A DNA stretch of 64,000 nt from positions 736,001 through 800,000 of the forward strand of contig CAXXMB010000001.1 of NCBI GenBank assembly GCA_963668675.2. Reading direction: 5' to 3'. This DNA comes from an uncultured Desulfatitalea sp. (GTDB lineage: Bacteria; Desulfobacterota; Desulfobacteria; Desulfobacterales; Desulfosarcinaceae). The number at the start of each line of letters is the position of its first letter. The stretch's first letter is position 1. The translations under genes were made by a program, and so were the position numbers. Shown here one piece after another: positions 18,755-28,915 of this stretch. The notes below the pieces were generated by a model. The model ran no database searches, was not told where the DNA came from, and saw nothing but the letters and a program-made list of their open reading frames with translations.

Positions 18755-19732
18755 ATGAAAAGCCCTGTACGTGTTACCGTAACCGGTGCAGCCGGACAAA
18801 TCAGCTACTCGCTCATCTTTCGTATCGCCCACGGCGATTTGCTGGGGCCCGACCAACCTGTCATTCTGCAATTGCTGGAGATACCGCCGGCCATGAATGC
18901 ACTCAAAGGGGTCGTGATGGAGCTTGAGGATTGCGCATTTCCGCTGCTCGAAGGCGTTGTGGCCACCGACGATCCCAATGTTGGCTTCAAAGAGACGGAT
19001 TATGCGTTTCTGGTTGGCGCACGCCCCCGCAGCGCCGGGATGGAGCGCTCCGATCTGCTTAAGGTGAATGCAGAGATCTTTTCAGTACAGGGAAAGGCGC
19101 TCGACCAACATGCCAGCCGCGATGTGAGGGTGCTGGTGGTTGGGAATCCGGCCAACACCAACGCCCTGATCACATTGAAAAACGCCCCCAGTCTCAACCC
19201 GCGTAACATCACCGCCATGATGCGTCTCGATCACAACCGCTCCCTCTCCCAGCTTGCTGAGAAGACCGGTTCCCATACGACCAAGATCGAGAAGATGGTG
19301 GTCTGGGGCAACCATTCGGCCACCCAGTACCCCGATATCAGCTATGCCACCGTCGAAGGCAGACCCATGACCGAGGAGGTTGACCAGGCTTGGTATGTGG
19401 ATGCGTTTATTCCGACCGTTCAGCAGCGTGGCGCAGCCATCATAAAAGCGCGTGGTGCTTCAAGCGCCGCATCGGCTGCATCTGCCGCGATAGACCACAT
19501 GCACGACTGGGCTCTGGGCAGTGCCGGGAAGTGGGTCAGTATGGGTGTGTACAGTGCCGGCAACTCCTACGGTATTGATAATGATATCATCTACTCGTTT
19601 CCAATTGTGTGTGAAGGTGGGCAGTGGAAAGAGGTGGCGGGTCTCGACGTCGGCGACTTCAGCCGCGAAAGAATGAAGGCCACAGAGAAGGAGCTTCTAT
19701 ACGAGAGGGCGGCGGTAGCCGATCTATTCTAA
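18755..19732 (+). CDS. mdh: Malate dehydrogenase (NAD)
   Basis: [45 protein letters not shown]. Confidence 0.96.
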   Translation: MKSPVRVTVTGAAGQISYSLIFRIAHGDLLGPDQPVILQLLEIPPAMNALKGVVMELEDCAFPLLEGVVATDDPNVGFKETDYAFLVGARPRSAGMERSDLLKVNAEIFSVQGKALDQHASRDVRVLVVGNPANTNALITLKNAPSLNPRNITAMMRLDHNRSLSQLAEKTGSHTTKIEKMVVWGNHSATQYPDISYATVEGRPMTEEVDQAWYVDAFIPTVQQRGAAIIKARGASSAASAASAAIDHMHDWALGSAGKWVSMGVYSAGNSYGIDNDIIYSFPIVCEGGQWKEVAGLDVGDFSRERMKATEKELLYERAAVADLF

Positions 19733-19939
19733 CTTGCAAGGCGCGATTCTTGGGATACGCTGGATAGCCGGGCGCTGCCAGAGAAGTGGGTTTGGTGTAT
19801 GTAAATATGGCTAAACCCATTTCAATTTTGGCCGACATTAGTATTGCAGGAGAGGTGGAGTTGCCGGACACCTTCGAAACGGACAGGCTCTGTTGCAAAA
19901 TGCCACCTGGTTATAGATTGTTTAAATAACTATTAAATA

Positions 19940-19957
19940 TTGACTTTCTATCGTCAA
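19940..19957. promoter_or_regulatory. Palindrome TTGAC-N8-GTCAA overlapping a possible -35 (TTGACT)
   Basis: TTGAC TTTCTATC GTCAA upstream of the TPR gene that precedes mglA; same motif at 1650-1667. Confidence 0.4.
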
Positions 19958-20116
19958 GCGCGATAAAAGTATATTTCTGTACGCACCTGTACGATGACCA
20001 CGGCACGAACCGAATCCCGGGCGAAGGCCATCGCTGGCGCGGTAAACAAGAGATCGGACGTACACTGGCGGCAGCAGGCCGACTATCGATATAGTTTGAC
20101 TATGACGGGGGCCTTA

Positions 20117-21052
20117 ATGGGCATCAAACAGCGACTTAAAGCGATGCTGCAAGAAGCTGAGATCTATCGTTCCCAGGGATTGATTGCCGAAGCGCAAAGC
20201 AAATACAAAGAAGCGGTAAGTTTCGTTAATTCCATCGAAAAACTGAAAAACAGAGAGAGCCTTCTGAAGGCCATCTCTGAAAAGATCAACGCCCTCAAGT
20301 CGACGAAAGAGAAAGTGGACAAGGGGCCCATGACTCCCGAGCTTTCTCAGAAGGCGCAGGATCTGATCAAGAATTTATTTGCCTTCTCCGAGAGCACGGA
20401 TCAGGATAGTGCCGCGCTTGAGGGGGCTGTGGCCCTGGCAAAATTCGGACAGTTCGATCGTGCCCTGACCGAACTCAACGGATTGCTGATCAAAGAGAAG
20501 GTCCGGGTCGAAGCTGCCAAGAACATCATTCAATGTCACCTGGCGTCGGCAAACGCCGAAGAGGCGATCAGCCAGTACCATCAGTGGTACGCAGGCGACC
20601 TTTTTCATGCCAACCAACTGGAGGCCGTAAGGAGTTTTCTAGAGGAAATTTTAGCGAAAAGAGGTGTCGAGGCCACTCTCCCCGCCCCTGTCGAGATGAT
20701 TGAATCCCCGTCTGAAGAAGCTGCCATAGAAATCGAGCCGCAAGCTGAACCGGAAGAGGAGTTTCTGGATATTACATCCATTGGCATTACGTTCGATGCC
20801 GGCCCCCGAAAAGGGAAAATGGTCGAATTCGATGTCAATTTCCAGTCAGGCAACATGCTGAGCTTGATCATATCGAAGCAGGAGCATGAGCTTATCGATA
20901 CCCTTGCGGAGAAAATGGAGTTGAAAGAGGTGCAATTTTTCTCGCCCATTGCCATTTTCAACGGAGCGGGCGTGGTTGCGTCGAAAACCAAAATCAAGAC
21001 TGGACCCAAACAGGGTGATTACTGCGTAGACATTCGTATCGTCAGTACCTAG
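20117..21052 (+). CDS. Hypothetical TPR-like protein with acidic linker and C-terminal beta domain
   Basis: Helical repeats (EAEIYRSQGLIAEA; ALAKFGQFDRAL), E/P-rich linker, beta-rich C-terminus; start chosen at MGIKQRL. Confidence 0.65.
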   Translation: MGIKQRLKAMLQEAEIYRSQGLIAEAQSKYKEAVSFVNSIEKLKNRESLLKAISEKINALKSTKEKVDKGPMTPELSQKAQDLIKNLFAFSESTDQDSAALEGAVALAKFGQFDRALTELNGLLIKEKVRVEAAKNIIQCHLASANAEEAISQYHQWYAGDLFHANQLEAVRSFLEEILAKRGVEATLPAPVEMIESPSEEAAIEIEPQAEPEEEFLDITSIGITFDAGPRKGKMVEFDVNFQSGNMLSLIISKQEHELIDTLAEKMELKEVQFFSPIAIFNGAGVVASKTKIKTGPKQGDYCVDIRIVST

Positions 21053-21278
21053 ATACGGAGAAATGGCGTCGGCCTCGTGACACGTTTTCGGTTCTGACAA
21101 GGATCAATGCCGATGCGAGTTGAGGTATGCCGCCTGCGCTTCTCACCAAAAAAACCGCCATTCGATGCTGCCCGCTATAGGCACGTGTCGGAAGGAACGC
21201 AACTGTGGGACGTGTGTTGAAGAGAGTTGGTCACACGAATGAAATTTCATCTGAGCTTTTTCTTGGGAGCCTTAAGTT

Positions 21279-21893
21279 ATGGCGATTTTTAATTTAAAGA
21301 AGAGAGAGATTGAATGTAAAGTGGTCTTCTATGGCCCTGGTCGGTGCGGAAAGACAACCAATCTGGAGTATATTTTCGGGGCCTATAAAAAACAAGTCAA
21401 GGGAGAGATGGTCTCTATTAACACAGAGGGCGATCGGACCCTGTTTTTTGACTTTCTGCCCATGGGCTTGGGGCAAATCAGAGGCTGTGATGTGCGCGTC
21501 CAGCTATACACTGTTCCGGGTCAGGTGAAATACAGCTCAACGAGAAAGCTTGTGTTGAGAGGGGTGGACGGCATCGTTTTTGTCGCCGATTCCCTCGAAG
21601 TGAGGCGCGAGAAGAACATGATGTCCCTTAAGGATTTACAGAGCAACCTTAAGGAGTACGGCAAAAGCATATTCAAGGTGCCGCTTGTTATGCAATACAA
21701 CAAACGCGATCTGGCAGAGCAAGGAATCCCGTTGATGCCTGTAGAGCAGATGCAAAGGGACCTGAACCGCCAGCTTAAAGTTCCTGCATTTGAGGGCAGT
21801 GCGGTTAAAGGCGATGGTGTCGGGGTAACCCTGAAAGAGTGTTTGAAGTTGACCCTCCAGTCGCTTCAAAGAGAATTCAAATGGGCACAGTAA
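21279..21893 (+). CDS. mglA: MglA-family small Ras-like GTPase
   Basis: G1 YGPGRCGKTTN, DRTLFFD (intrinsic Arg), G3 TVPGQ, G4 NKRD. Confidence 0.9.
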   Translation: MAIFNLKKREIECKVVFYGPGRCGKTTNLEYIFGAYKKQVKGEMVSINTEGDRTLFFDFLPMGLGQIRGCDVRVQLYTVPGQVKYSSTRKLVLRGVDGIVFVADSLEVRREKNMMSLKDLQSNLKEYGKSIFKVPLVMQYNKRDLAEQGIPLMPVEQMQRDLNRQLKVPAFEGSAVKGDGVGVTLKECLKLTLQSLQREFKWAQ

Positions 21894-21902
21894 GATAGGA
21901 TC

Positions 21903-23078
21903 ATGCGGGATAGCGTCGTACTGGCGGGGAGCCTTAATTTTTTAGCACTTGGCGATATCATGCAGCTGTTGGGGGCCAACAGCAGTACGGGAATACTGCG
22001 GCTGATCAGCAGATACGCCGCCGATCCGGGATTCATCTATTTTGAAAACGGCAACCCGATCAACGCTGCATGCGGGACTACAACCGGAATAGAGGCTGTA
22101 TACGAATTATTCGGATGGACGGATGGTGAATTCGAATTCACCAAGGAAAATATCCTGACCCAACGCGTGATTACAAAAAGTCGCATGGGCATCATATTAG
22201 AGGGCTTGAAAATGGTCGACGACGGTCAAGTGAAACAAGTAGGGCCCGGTGCTGTGAGCCGAAAGCAGATAGCAACCGGCTCGAGCGATGCAACTCCCAT
22301 CGTCAAGGGGCCAATGGTCGATTACATGTATGTGGCGGACGAAGAAGATTTCTTCGATGGGGAGTACATCGTTGAAGAGGGAAAACATGGCAGTTGGATA
22401 TGGGTCATCCTCGAGGGGGTTGTAGAGATCGTAAGGGAGACGCCTGAAGGCCCGTTGCCTATTGTGCGGCTTGGGGACGGATCGTTCATCGGCAGCCTGT
22501 CCTCTTTTCTCATACAGGGGCATATTCGAACGGCCACAGCGCTGGCGGTCGGCAATGTTCAATTGGGGGTGCTCGACTCACAGCGGCTTGCGCAGGAATT
22601 TGCACAGTTGACCCCGGAATTCAGGGGATTTCTTGTCAGTCTGGACAAGCGGTTGAAACAGCTTAACGAGCGAGCTATCGAGCTGCGTCAGAAACAGTTG
22701 AGCACCGACGGGTATATCGACAACAAGAAGCCGGTCATCAAGCAAGGTTCAACAGAAGAAGATCTCTACATCATTCGAGAGGGAAACAGTTCTATCGTAC
22801 GCCATGATGAAATCGGACAGATCCCTTTGGTGCAGCTATACAAAGGAGACTATTTCGGAAACATGCCGTTTTTGGATCTTGGCCACGAACCGGAGTTTGC
22901 CTCTGTATTGGCCAACAAAGATCTCAAGGTCAGAAAAGTGGAGATTGCAAAGATCCAGAAGGAGTATAACAACTTGTCAACAACCTTTAAAAATTTCATC
23001 GATAATGTCTCCACTTGCATTTCGGTGAGCACGAAGGTTGTATGCAATTACTATAAAAAGTACGGCCTGAGGAAATAA
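21903..23078 (+). CDS. DUF4388/PATAN domain + two cNMP-binding domain protein
   Basis: N-term GSL...DIMQLL...TGILRL...GFIYFENG...WTDGEFEF; cNMP folds (IVEEGKHGSWIWVILEGVV...RTATA; VIKQG...LYIIREG...GDYFG). Confidence 0.8.
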   Translation: MRDSVVLAGSLNFLALGDIMQLLGANSSTGILRLISRYAADPGFIYFENGNPINAACGTTTGIEAVYELFGWTDGEFEFTKENILTQRVITKSRMGIILEGLKMVDDGQVKQVGPGAVSRKQIATGSSDATPIVKGPMVDYMYVADEEDFFDGEYIVEEGKHGSWIWVILEGVVEIVRETPEGPLPIVRLGDGSFIGSLSSFLIQGHIRTATALAVGNVQLGVLDSQRLAQEFAQLTPEFRGFLVSLDKRLKQLNERAIELRQKQLSTDGYIDNKKPVIKQGSTEEDLYIIREGNSSIVRHDEIGQIPLVQLYKGDYFGNMPFLDLGHEPEFASVLANKDLKVRKVEIAKIQKEYNNLSTTFKNFIDNVSTCISVSTKVVCNYYKKYGLRK

Positions 23079-23118
23079 CTGGAGAAGTTAACTGATAACT
23101 CAATCAGGTGAATACGTT

Positions 23119-23472
23119 ATGACGAATGAAGAGAAGAGAAAACACTCACGTATCGATTCTGTCAATTTATTGAACTACGTCTATTTTGATGAAAACGAGG
23201 ATGAAGAGAATCAGGGAATGGGGCGGACATTGAATGTGTCCGAATCGGGTATCTTACTGGAAACACACAGCCCTATGGATGCAAGGCGCGTCGTCTCCCT
23301 GACCATTGGCTTCAGAGAAGACGTGGTCGATATCAAAGGTCGGGTTGTCTATATGCGAAAGAAGGAAGACGGCATGTTCGAGTCGGGTATCGAGTTTTTT
23401 GATTTGAACGAATCGGCAGACGCCGTCCTGAAGAGATATATAGAGGCATTTAACAGGAACAAGAAAGACTGA
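23119..23472 (+). CDS. Stand-alone PilZ domain protein
   Basis: RxxxR (RKHSR) and NxSxxG (NVSESG) c-di-GMP motifs; GRVV...GIEF. Confidence 0.85.
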   Translation: MTNEEKRKHSRIDSVNLLNYVYFDENEDEENQGMGRTLNVSESGILLETHSPMDARRVVSLTIGFREDVVDIKGRVVYMRKKEDGMFESGIEFFDLNESADAVLKRYIEAFNRNKKD

Positions 23473-23552
23473 TAGTTGTTCTGTGGGATCTAAAAACACT
23501 TCGTTCGGGGCAAATATATTCGGACGACCTGGAAAAAGGAATAGATGATCCA

Positions 23553-24440
23553 ATGGTGATGGAGACCGAATTAGAGGGGCTGAAGCTTATCAAGCGCGGC
23601 AAGGTAAGGGATATTTACGACATGGGCGATTCCTTCCTGATGGTCGCCTCTGACCGTATATCGGCATTCGACGTCGTTATGCCGCAGCTGATACCCGACA
23701 AGGGAAAGATTTTGAACCTGATCTCTATGCACTGGTTCGATATTATGTCCGAATTGGTCCCAAATCATGTAATTGCCAATGATGTGGCGTCGTTCCCTCA
23801 GAAATGCCAGCCCCATGCCGAGCTGCTGGCGGACCGCTCCATGTTGGTGAAAAAAGCGGAGCCACTGCCAATTGAATGTGTGGTGCGTGGATATATCTCC
23901 GGTTCCGGATGGAAATCCTATCAGAAAAGTCAAAGCGTATGTGGAATAGATCTGCCCGGAGGGCTTTTGGAGTCGGACCGCCTGCCTGAACCCATTTTTA
24001 CGCCATCCACCAAGGAGGAGGTAGGGGTTCACGACATCAATATCGATTTTGAAGAGGCCAGCCGACGAGTCGGCAGAGCAATGGCTGAAAAGGTGCGCGA
24101 GCTCTCTCTGGCCATCTATAATAAAGGTGCCGAACTGGCTCTTGAAAAGGGAATTGTTATCGCTGACACCAAATTCGAGTTCGGTCTTGTGGAGGGGGAA
24201 CTCATTCTCATCGATGAGGTGCTCACACCGGATTCGAGTCGGTTCTGGCCCCAGGATCTGTATAAGCCCGGTGGCCCACAACCCAGTTTTGACAAGCAGT
24301 ATTTGCGCGACTATCTCGATTCCATTAAATGGAACAAACAGCCGCCTGCCCCCAATCTGCCCGAGGACGTGATTGCCAACACGCGCATAAAGTATATAGA
24401 GGCGTTGCACGTCATCACCGGCAGTACCCATGGAATTTGA
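23553..24440 (+). CDS. purC: Phosphoribosylaminoimidazolesuccinocarboxamide synthase
   Basis: [48 protein letters not shown]. Confidence 0.97.
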   Translation: MVMETELEGLKLIKRGKVRDIYDMGDSFLMVASDRISAFDVVMPQLIPDKGKILNLISMHWFDIMSELVPNHVIANDVASFPQKCQPHAELLADRSMLVKKAEPLPIECVVRGYISGSGWKSYQKSQSVCGIDLPGGLLESDRLPEPIFTPSTKEEVGVHDINIDFEEASRRVGRAMAEKVRELSLAIYNKGAELALEKGIVIADTKFEFGLVEGELILIDEVLTPDSSRFWPQDLYKPGGPQPSFDKQYLRDYLDSIKWNKQPPAPNLPEDVIANTRIKYIEALHVITGSTHGI

Positions 24441-25419
24441 TTGCAAAGATATTCTTTTATCTCAAATCGATCACGCTGATCTCACCTTTCTCATCAGCAC
24501 GGAAGAGTCCGTCGAGAGTTTGAAGGCATCGATCCAGTGCGTTGGCTTAATTCAACCCCCCATACTCATTTCAAAATCGAAACAGGAAGACCGTGAAAAA
24601 AAGTATGCTATTGTGGTCGGTTTCCGGCGCATCAGGGCGTGTCGTGAGCTGGGTTGGGTGCATCTTACGGCAATGTGTCTCGAATCAGATACCCCATTTA
24701 TAAGGTGTGTATTGGCTGCCGTCAGTGGGAATCTCTCTCATAGAAAGTTGAATCTGGTTGAAGCGGCACGTTGTTTTGCACTGCTCGAAAATGAGACGGA
24801 TCAGAGCGAGGAGATCTATCAGACCCTTGCTTCAATTGGGCTTCAAAACAATAAAGAGATGATTGCCAAACTGAAAAAGATTGGCGATATGGGGGGGCTG
24901 CTGCAACAAGGACTGATCCTGGGTTCGATTGCGCTACCTGTCGCGCTGGAATTGTACGCAATGTCCGATGAATCCGGTGCGAAGGCCCTCACTGGACTGT
25001 TGCTGGAGTTGAAGCTCAGTTTGAGCCGCCAACGAGAGACGTTGGATTGGGTCCAGGCCATCGCCCATCGGGAAAAGTTGGACATCGAGCGGGTTTTGGG
25101 CGACGAGGCCATACGTCGTTGCCGTCGAAATACAACCGTCGACGCTCCTCGAAAGGCCAGCGTGATTAGAGCCCTTTTGAGAAAACGAAGATACCCTGAG
25201 ATTTCCGCCCACGAACAAAAATATGCGAATGCCCTTAAATCATTGACCATCCCGAAATCACTCCAAATCATTCCTCCGGCACATTTTGAAAGCCCATCCT
25301 ACGGCTTGAAGATCGATTTCAAGACGGTCGATGGATTGGATAAACGGCTGGAGGAAGCACGAAAGATGATACATTCCCCATCCTTTATATCGCTTCTAAA
25401 TACCTCCAAGTCTGAATAG
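24430..25419 (+). CDS. ParB/Srx N-terminal domain protein (orphan)
   Basis: [22 protein letters not shown] (GxRR box), N...RKLNLVEAA; overlaps purC by 11 nt. Confidence 0.75.
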   Translation: MEFDCKDILLSQIDHADLTFLISTEESVESLKASIQCVGLIQPPILISKSKQEDREKKYAIVVGFRRIRACRELGWVHLTAMCLESDTPFIRCVLAAVSGNLSHRKLNLVEAARCFALLENETDQSEEIYQTLASIGLQNNKEMIAKLKKIGDMGGLLQQGLILGSIALPVALELYAMSDESGAKALTGLLLELKLSLSRQRETLDWVQAIAHREKLDIERVLGDEAIRRCRRNTTVDAPRKASVIRALLRKRRYPEISAHEQKYANALKSLTIPKSLQIIPPAHFESPSYGLKIDFKTVDGLDKRLEEARKMIHSPSFISLLNTSKSE

Positions 25420-25562
25420 CTTCACTATTTGTAATTGCCACCTTTGTTCGCCCTTAAAAAACCCTTTCGTTTAGATCGATAGAAAAGGACGAACTGTGGT
25501 AATGGGATGGATGTCTATAAGAACATAAAATGATTAGAAAAAATAAAGTGAACAAAAATAAG

Positions 25563-25591
25563 TTGACAAAATAAGAATAATGAAATTTAAT
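25563..25591 (+). promoter_or_regulatory. sigma70-type promoter of the TetR gene
   Basis: TTGACA-17 bp-TTTAAT, 30 nt before the ATG at 25622, A-rich upstream. Confidence 0.6.
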
Positions 25592-25621
25592 CAACTAAAA
25601 GAAATAAATGGGATTCAGAAA

Positions 25622-26251
25622 ATGGGGATCCAAGAAAGAAAAGAGCGTGAAAAAGAGCGAAGGCGGCAACAAATCATGGTCGCGGCCAAAAGAATTTTTT
25701 CAGACAAGGGGTTTGGCCGAGCCACGATGGAGGACATTGCCAACGAAGCCGAATTGAGTCCCGGTACTTTATATCTCTACTTTAGAAGCAAAGACGAACT
25801 GTGTGTTTCCCTGTCACTTAGGGTGCTCGAATACTTGCTGATCAGAATGGAGCATCTGAATGCTGACAGTCATATTGATTCCGTAGATAAGATTTCTCAA
25901 CTTAAAAAAGCACTTCTTGACGTTTACGAGTTTGATCCGCTGATTTTGACCAATCTGTTTCATTTGCAATCAAACGATGCAGTGAGTTCGCTCAGCCCTG
26001 AATTGAAGAGCGATATTAAAAAATTGAGCGACGCGGCGTTGGATAAGATGGCATCGATATTCCAAACGGCCATAGAGAATGGAACCTGCATCGACTGGCC
26101 ACCAGCAGCTTTGGCGAAAACCATATGGGCCATGTTCTATGGTATCGTCCTCTGGGAAAAGGGTAGTACCGGACACAAGCCCCATATCGGGCTGATCGAA
26201 CCCTTGATTGACAGAGCGTTTAAGGTGTTTGAACGGGGTATTCGTATATGA
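25622..26251 (+). CDS. TetR/AcrR family transcriptional regulator
   Basis: ERRRQQIMVAA...ATMEDIA...GTLYLYFRSKDEL HTH. Confidence 0.92.
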   Translation: MGIQERKEREKERRRQQIMVAAKRIFSDKGFGRATMEDIANEAELSPGTLYLYFRSKDELCVSLSLRVLEYLLIRMEHLNADSHIDSVDKISQLKKALLDVYEFDPLILTNLFHLQSNDAVSSLSPELKSDIKKLSDAALDKMASIFQTAIENGTCIDWPPAALAKTIWAMFYGIVLWEKGSTGHKPHIGLIEPLIDRAFKVFERGIRI

Positions 26252-26654
26252 AAGAGGAAAGCCTTTGCAGGGCTGAAAATACTGATGCGGTAGTGCCAGC
26301 AGGCGCCGTTTTATTATCATACTCGTATGGAGCGCTTCTTAATCAATCGTGATTGAACCAGTCGCTGGCCAAGTAAACATCTCCTCCTCAAGGTCCAGCA
26401 AAACTCTTCCTCTTTGTATAGATCCGACGTTAGGCTATCACCGTCCTGAGCTTTATCAAAAAACGTTGTCAAGAAAACAGTAAACTATGTTCTGTTCCGC
26501 AAACGGATGAAAGGGGGGATAAGACTGTTAGGGGTTATCTCTGTCAAAGGCAGTTGCCATGCCTGGTGAATAAGAACAAACGCTGTTCATTCATTCGACA
26601 ATGGCAGTGGCACGATTGAGAAAACGTAATCAATATGATGAAGGGGTGTGCGAC

Positions 26655-28685
26655 ATGACAGAAAAGGAAATCGTCGAAACTTCAGAAGCTGAAATTGCTG
26701 TACATTGGCAGGAGGAGGCGTATTACCATCCTTCCGCACAATTTATCGCCCAGGCCAACATGACCGATCCTGATGTTTTCAAGCGATTCAGCCTGGACAA
26801 CTTTCCAAACTGTTTCAAAGAGTACGCCGATCTGCTTGATTGGTATTCGTATTGGGACACCATGCTGGATACCAGTGATGCGCCGTGTTGGAAGTGGTTT
26901 GTTGGCGGAAAGATCAATGCCAGCTATAACTGCATAGACCGCCATCTGGCAAAGAACAAGAATAAAACCGCTATTCATTTCGTGCCCGAACCGATCGAGG
27001 AGAAATACGAACACATCACCTACCGCGAATTGTATGTGCGTGTGAACGAATTCGCTGCGCTCTTGAGGGACTTTTGCGGTCTCAAAGCGGGCGATCGCGT
27101 CACCCTGCATATGCCCATGACGCCTGAACTGCCAATTACAATGCTGGCCTGTGCACGGTTGGGGGTCATCCATTCGCAGGTTTTCGGCGGATTCAGCGGC
27201 ACCGCCTGCGCGGATCGCATCGTCGACTCCGGAAGCAACGTGCTCATCACCATGGACGCTTACTATCGTAGCGGAACCTTGATCGATCACAAGAAAAACG
27301 CAGATGTAGCTGTGGAGCATGCTGCCAAAGAGGGGCAAAAGGTTGATAAAGTTCTGGTGTGGCAGCGCTATCCCGGGAAAAACTCCTCCGACACACCAAT
27401 GGTCGAAGGCAGGGACTACTTCGTCAACGGTGTGTTGAACGACTATTACGGGGCAAGGGTCGACCCGGTCCAAATGCCTGCCGAAGCGCCTCTGTTTCTC
27501 ATGTACACCAGCGGTACCACTGGCAAGCCAAAAGGGTGCCAGCATAGCACCGGCGGGTATCTCGCATACGTGGCAGGCACTTCGAAGTACGTGCAGGATA
27601 TCCATCCGGAGGATGTTTACTGGTGTATGGCCGATATCGGTTGGATTACCGGTCACTCATACATCGTATACGGACCGCTGGCGATATGTGCCTCAACGGT
27701 GATATACGAAGGCGTACCCACCTTTCCGGATGCCGGCAGACCCTGGCGAATTGCCCAGGATCTGGATGTCAATATATTCCATACAGCGCCTACAGCTATT
27801 CGTGCCTTGCGAAAAATCGGACCGGCCGAACCTGCCAAGTACGAATACCACTTCAAACACATGACCACGGTGGGCGAACCAATCGAACCGGAAGTGTGGA
27901 AGTGGTACCACAAAGAGGTAGGAAAGGGCGAAGCGATCATCGTGGACACCTGGTGGCAGACAGAGACCGGTGGATTTCTCTGCAGTACGCTGCCCGCCCT
28001 TACACCGATGAAACCGGGCAGCGCCGGACCAGGCATGCCGGGGATTCATCCCATCATTTATGATGACGAAGGCAATATCATGCCATCCGGGGCCGGCAAA
28101 GCAGGCAACATCTGCATACAGAATCCATGGCCGGGGGCTTTCCAGACGATATGGGGCGACCGGGATCGTTTCGTGACCAACTACTACGCGAGATACTGCA
28201 AAAACCCCGACAGCAAAGATTGGCGTGATTGGCCCTATCTGACCGGCGATGCAGCAGTAGAGGCCAAGGATGGGTACTATCGTATCCTGGGACGCATCGA
28301 CGATGTGATCAACGTATCCGGCCACAGACTCGGTACCAAGGAGATCGAATCTGCTGCGCTGGTCGTCCAAGAGGTCGCCGAAGCCGCCGTTGTACCGGTT
28401 GCCCATGAGATCAAGGGGAGGGAGCCGGATCTGTACATCGCGCTGAAACCCGGTTTCGAAGCCTCGGATGCGTTGGCCAAAAAGATCTCCGATGCGATTT
28501 GCGAAGAGATCGGAAAGATCGCCAAACCACGGCACGTGTGGATCGTCAGCGATATGCCCAAAACAAGATCGGGCAAGATCATGCGGCGTGTGCTGGGTGC
28601 CATCTCCAATCAGAAGGATGTTGGCGATGTCACAACGCTGGCCAATCCGGATGTCGTCGAGGAGATCCGCAATATGGTGAAGTAG
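26655..28685 (+). CDS. acs: Acetyl-CoA synthetase (AMP-forming)
   Basis: YTSGTTGKPKG, ADIGWITGHSY, VGEPI, DTWWQTETGG, GRIDDV, PKTRSGKIMRR. Confidence 0.95.
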   Translation: MTEKEIVETSEAEIAVHWQEEAYYHPSAQFIAQANMTDPDVFKRFSLDNFPNCFKEYADLLDWYSYWDTMLDTSDAPCWKWFVGGKINASYNCIDRHLAKNKNKTAIHFVPEPIEEKYEHITYRELYVRVNEFAALLRDFCGLKAGDRVTLHMPMTPELPITMLACARLGVIHSQVFGGFSGTACADRIVDSGSNVLITMDAYYRSGTLIDHKKNADVAVEHAAKEGQKVDKVLVWQRYPGKNSSDTPMVEGRDYFVNGVLNDYYGARVDPVQMPAEAPLFLMYTSGTTGKPKGCQHSTGGYLAYVAGTSKYVQDIHPEDVYWCMADIGWITGHSYIVYGPLAICASTVIYEGVPTFPDAGRPWRIAQDLDVNIFHTAPTAIRALRKIGPAEPAKYEYHFKHMTTVGEPIEPEVWKWYHKEVGKGEAIIVDTWWQTETGGFLCSTLPALTPMKPGSAGPGMPGIHPIIYDDEGNIMPSGAGKAGNICIQNPWPGAFQTIWGDRDRFVTNYYARYCKNPDSKDWRDWPYLTGDAAVEAKDGYYRILGRIDDVINVSGHRLGTKEIESAALVVQEVAEAAVVPVAHEIKGREPDLYIALKPGFEASDALAKKISDAICEEIGKIAKPRHVWIVSDMPKTRSGKIMRRVLGAISNQKDVGDVTTLANPDVVEEIRNMVK

Positions 28686-28707
28686 ACCGGAATAGGGTGT
28701 GTTTCGA

Positions 28708-28738
28708 AGCTGCCGCTCTCATCTTACGAGCGGCAGCT
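28708..28738 (+). terminator. 11-bp stem-loop after acs (no U-tract; terminator or mRNA-stabilising hairpin)
   Basis: AGCTGCCGCTC-N9-GAGCGGCAGCT. Confidence 0.45.
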
Positions 28739-28915
28739 ACAAAGGCTCCTTGGGGCCAAAACACCAAAAGATCAGATAGCGTAGTTCGATGTTTATCAGA
28801 AACCATCCGTGGGGATGAAGGGGGGTGATCGATGGAGGGGAGGACCGAACAATGGTGGCTGACCGCCTTGAACGGTCGGTCGAATAACTGATACCGGGCA
28901 CAGGAGGAAAGAACC

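Noticed and set aside
19994..20116. Upstream start of the TPR gene or a riboswitch in its leader
   Set aside because: Extension looks non-protein-like and no riboswitch consensus was recognisable.
23571..24446. 291-aa antisense ORF over purC
   Set aside because: Shadow ORF on the opposite strand of a conserved gene; no motifs.
26499..26560. GCAAAC...GAAA...CAGTTGCC upstream of acs resembling a c-di-GMP-I riboswitch
   Set aside because: Bases flanking GAAA cannot pair and the GACGCAAAG core is missing.
26608..26623. TGGCACG upstream of acs as a sigma54 promoter
   Set aside because: No GC at the -12 position (GG-N10-AA).
26682..28535. Long antisense ORFs (324 and 280 aa) over acs
   Set aside because: Typical antisense shadows from codon bias; no RBS or domain evidence.
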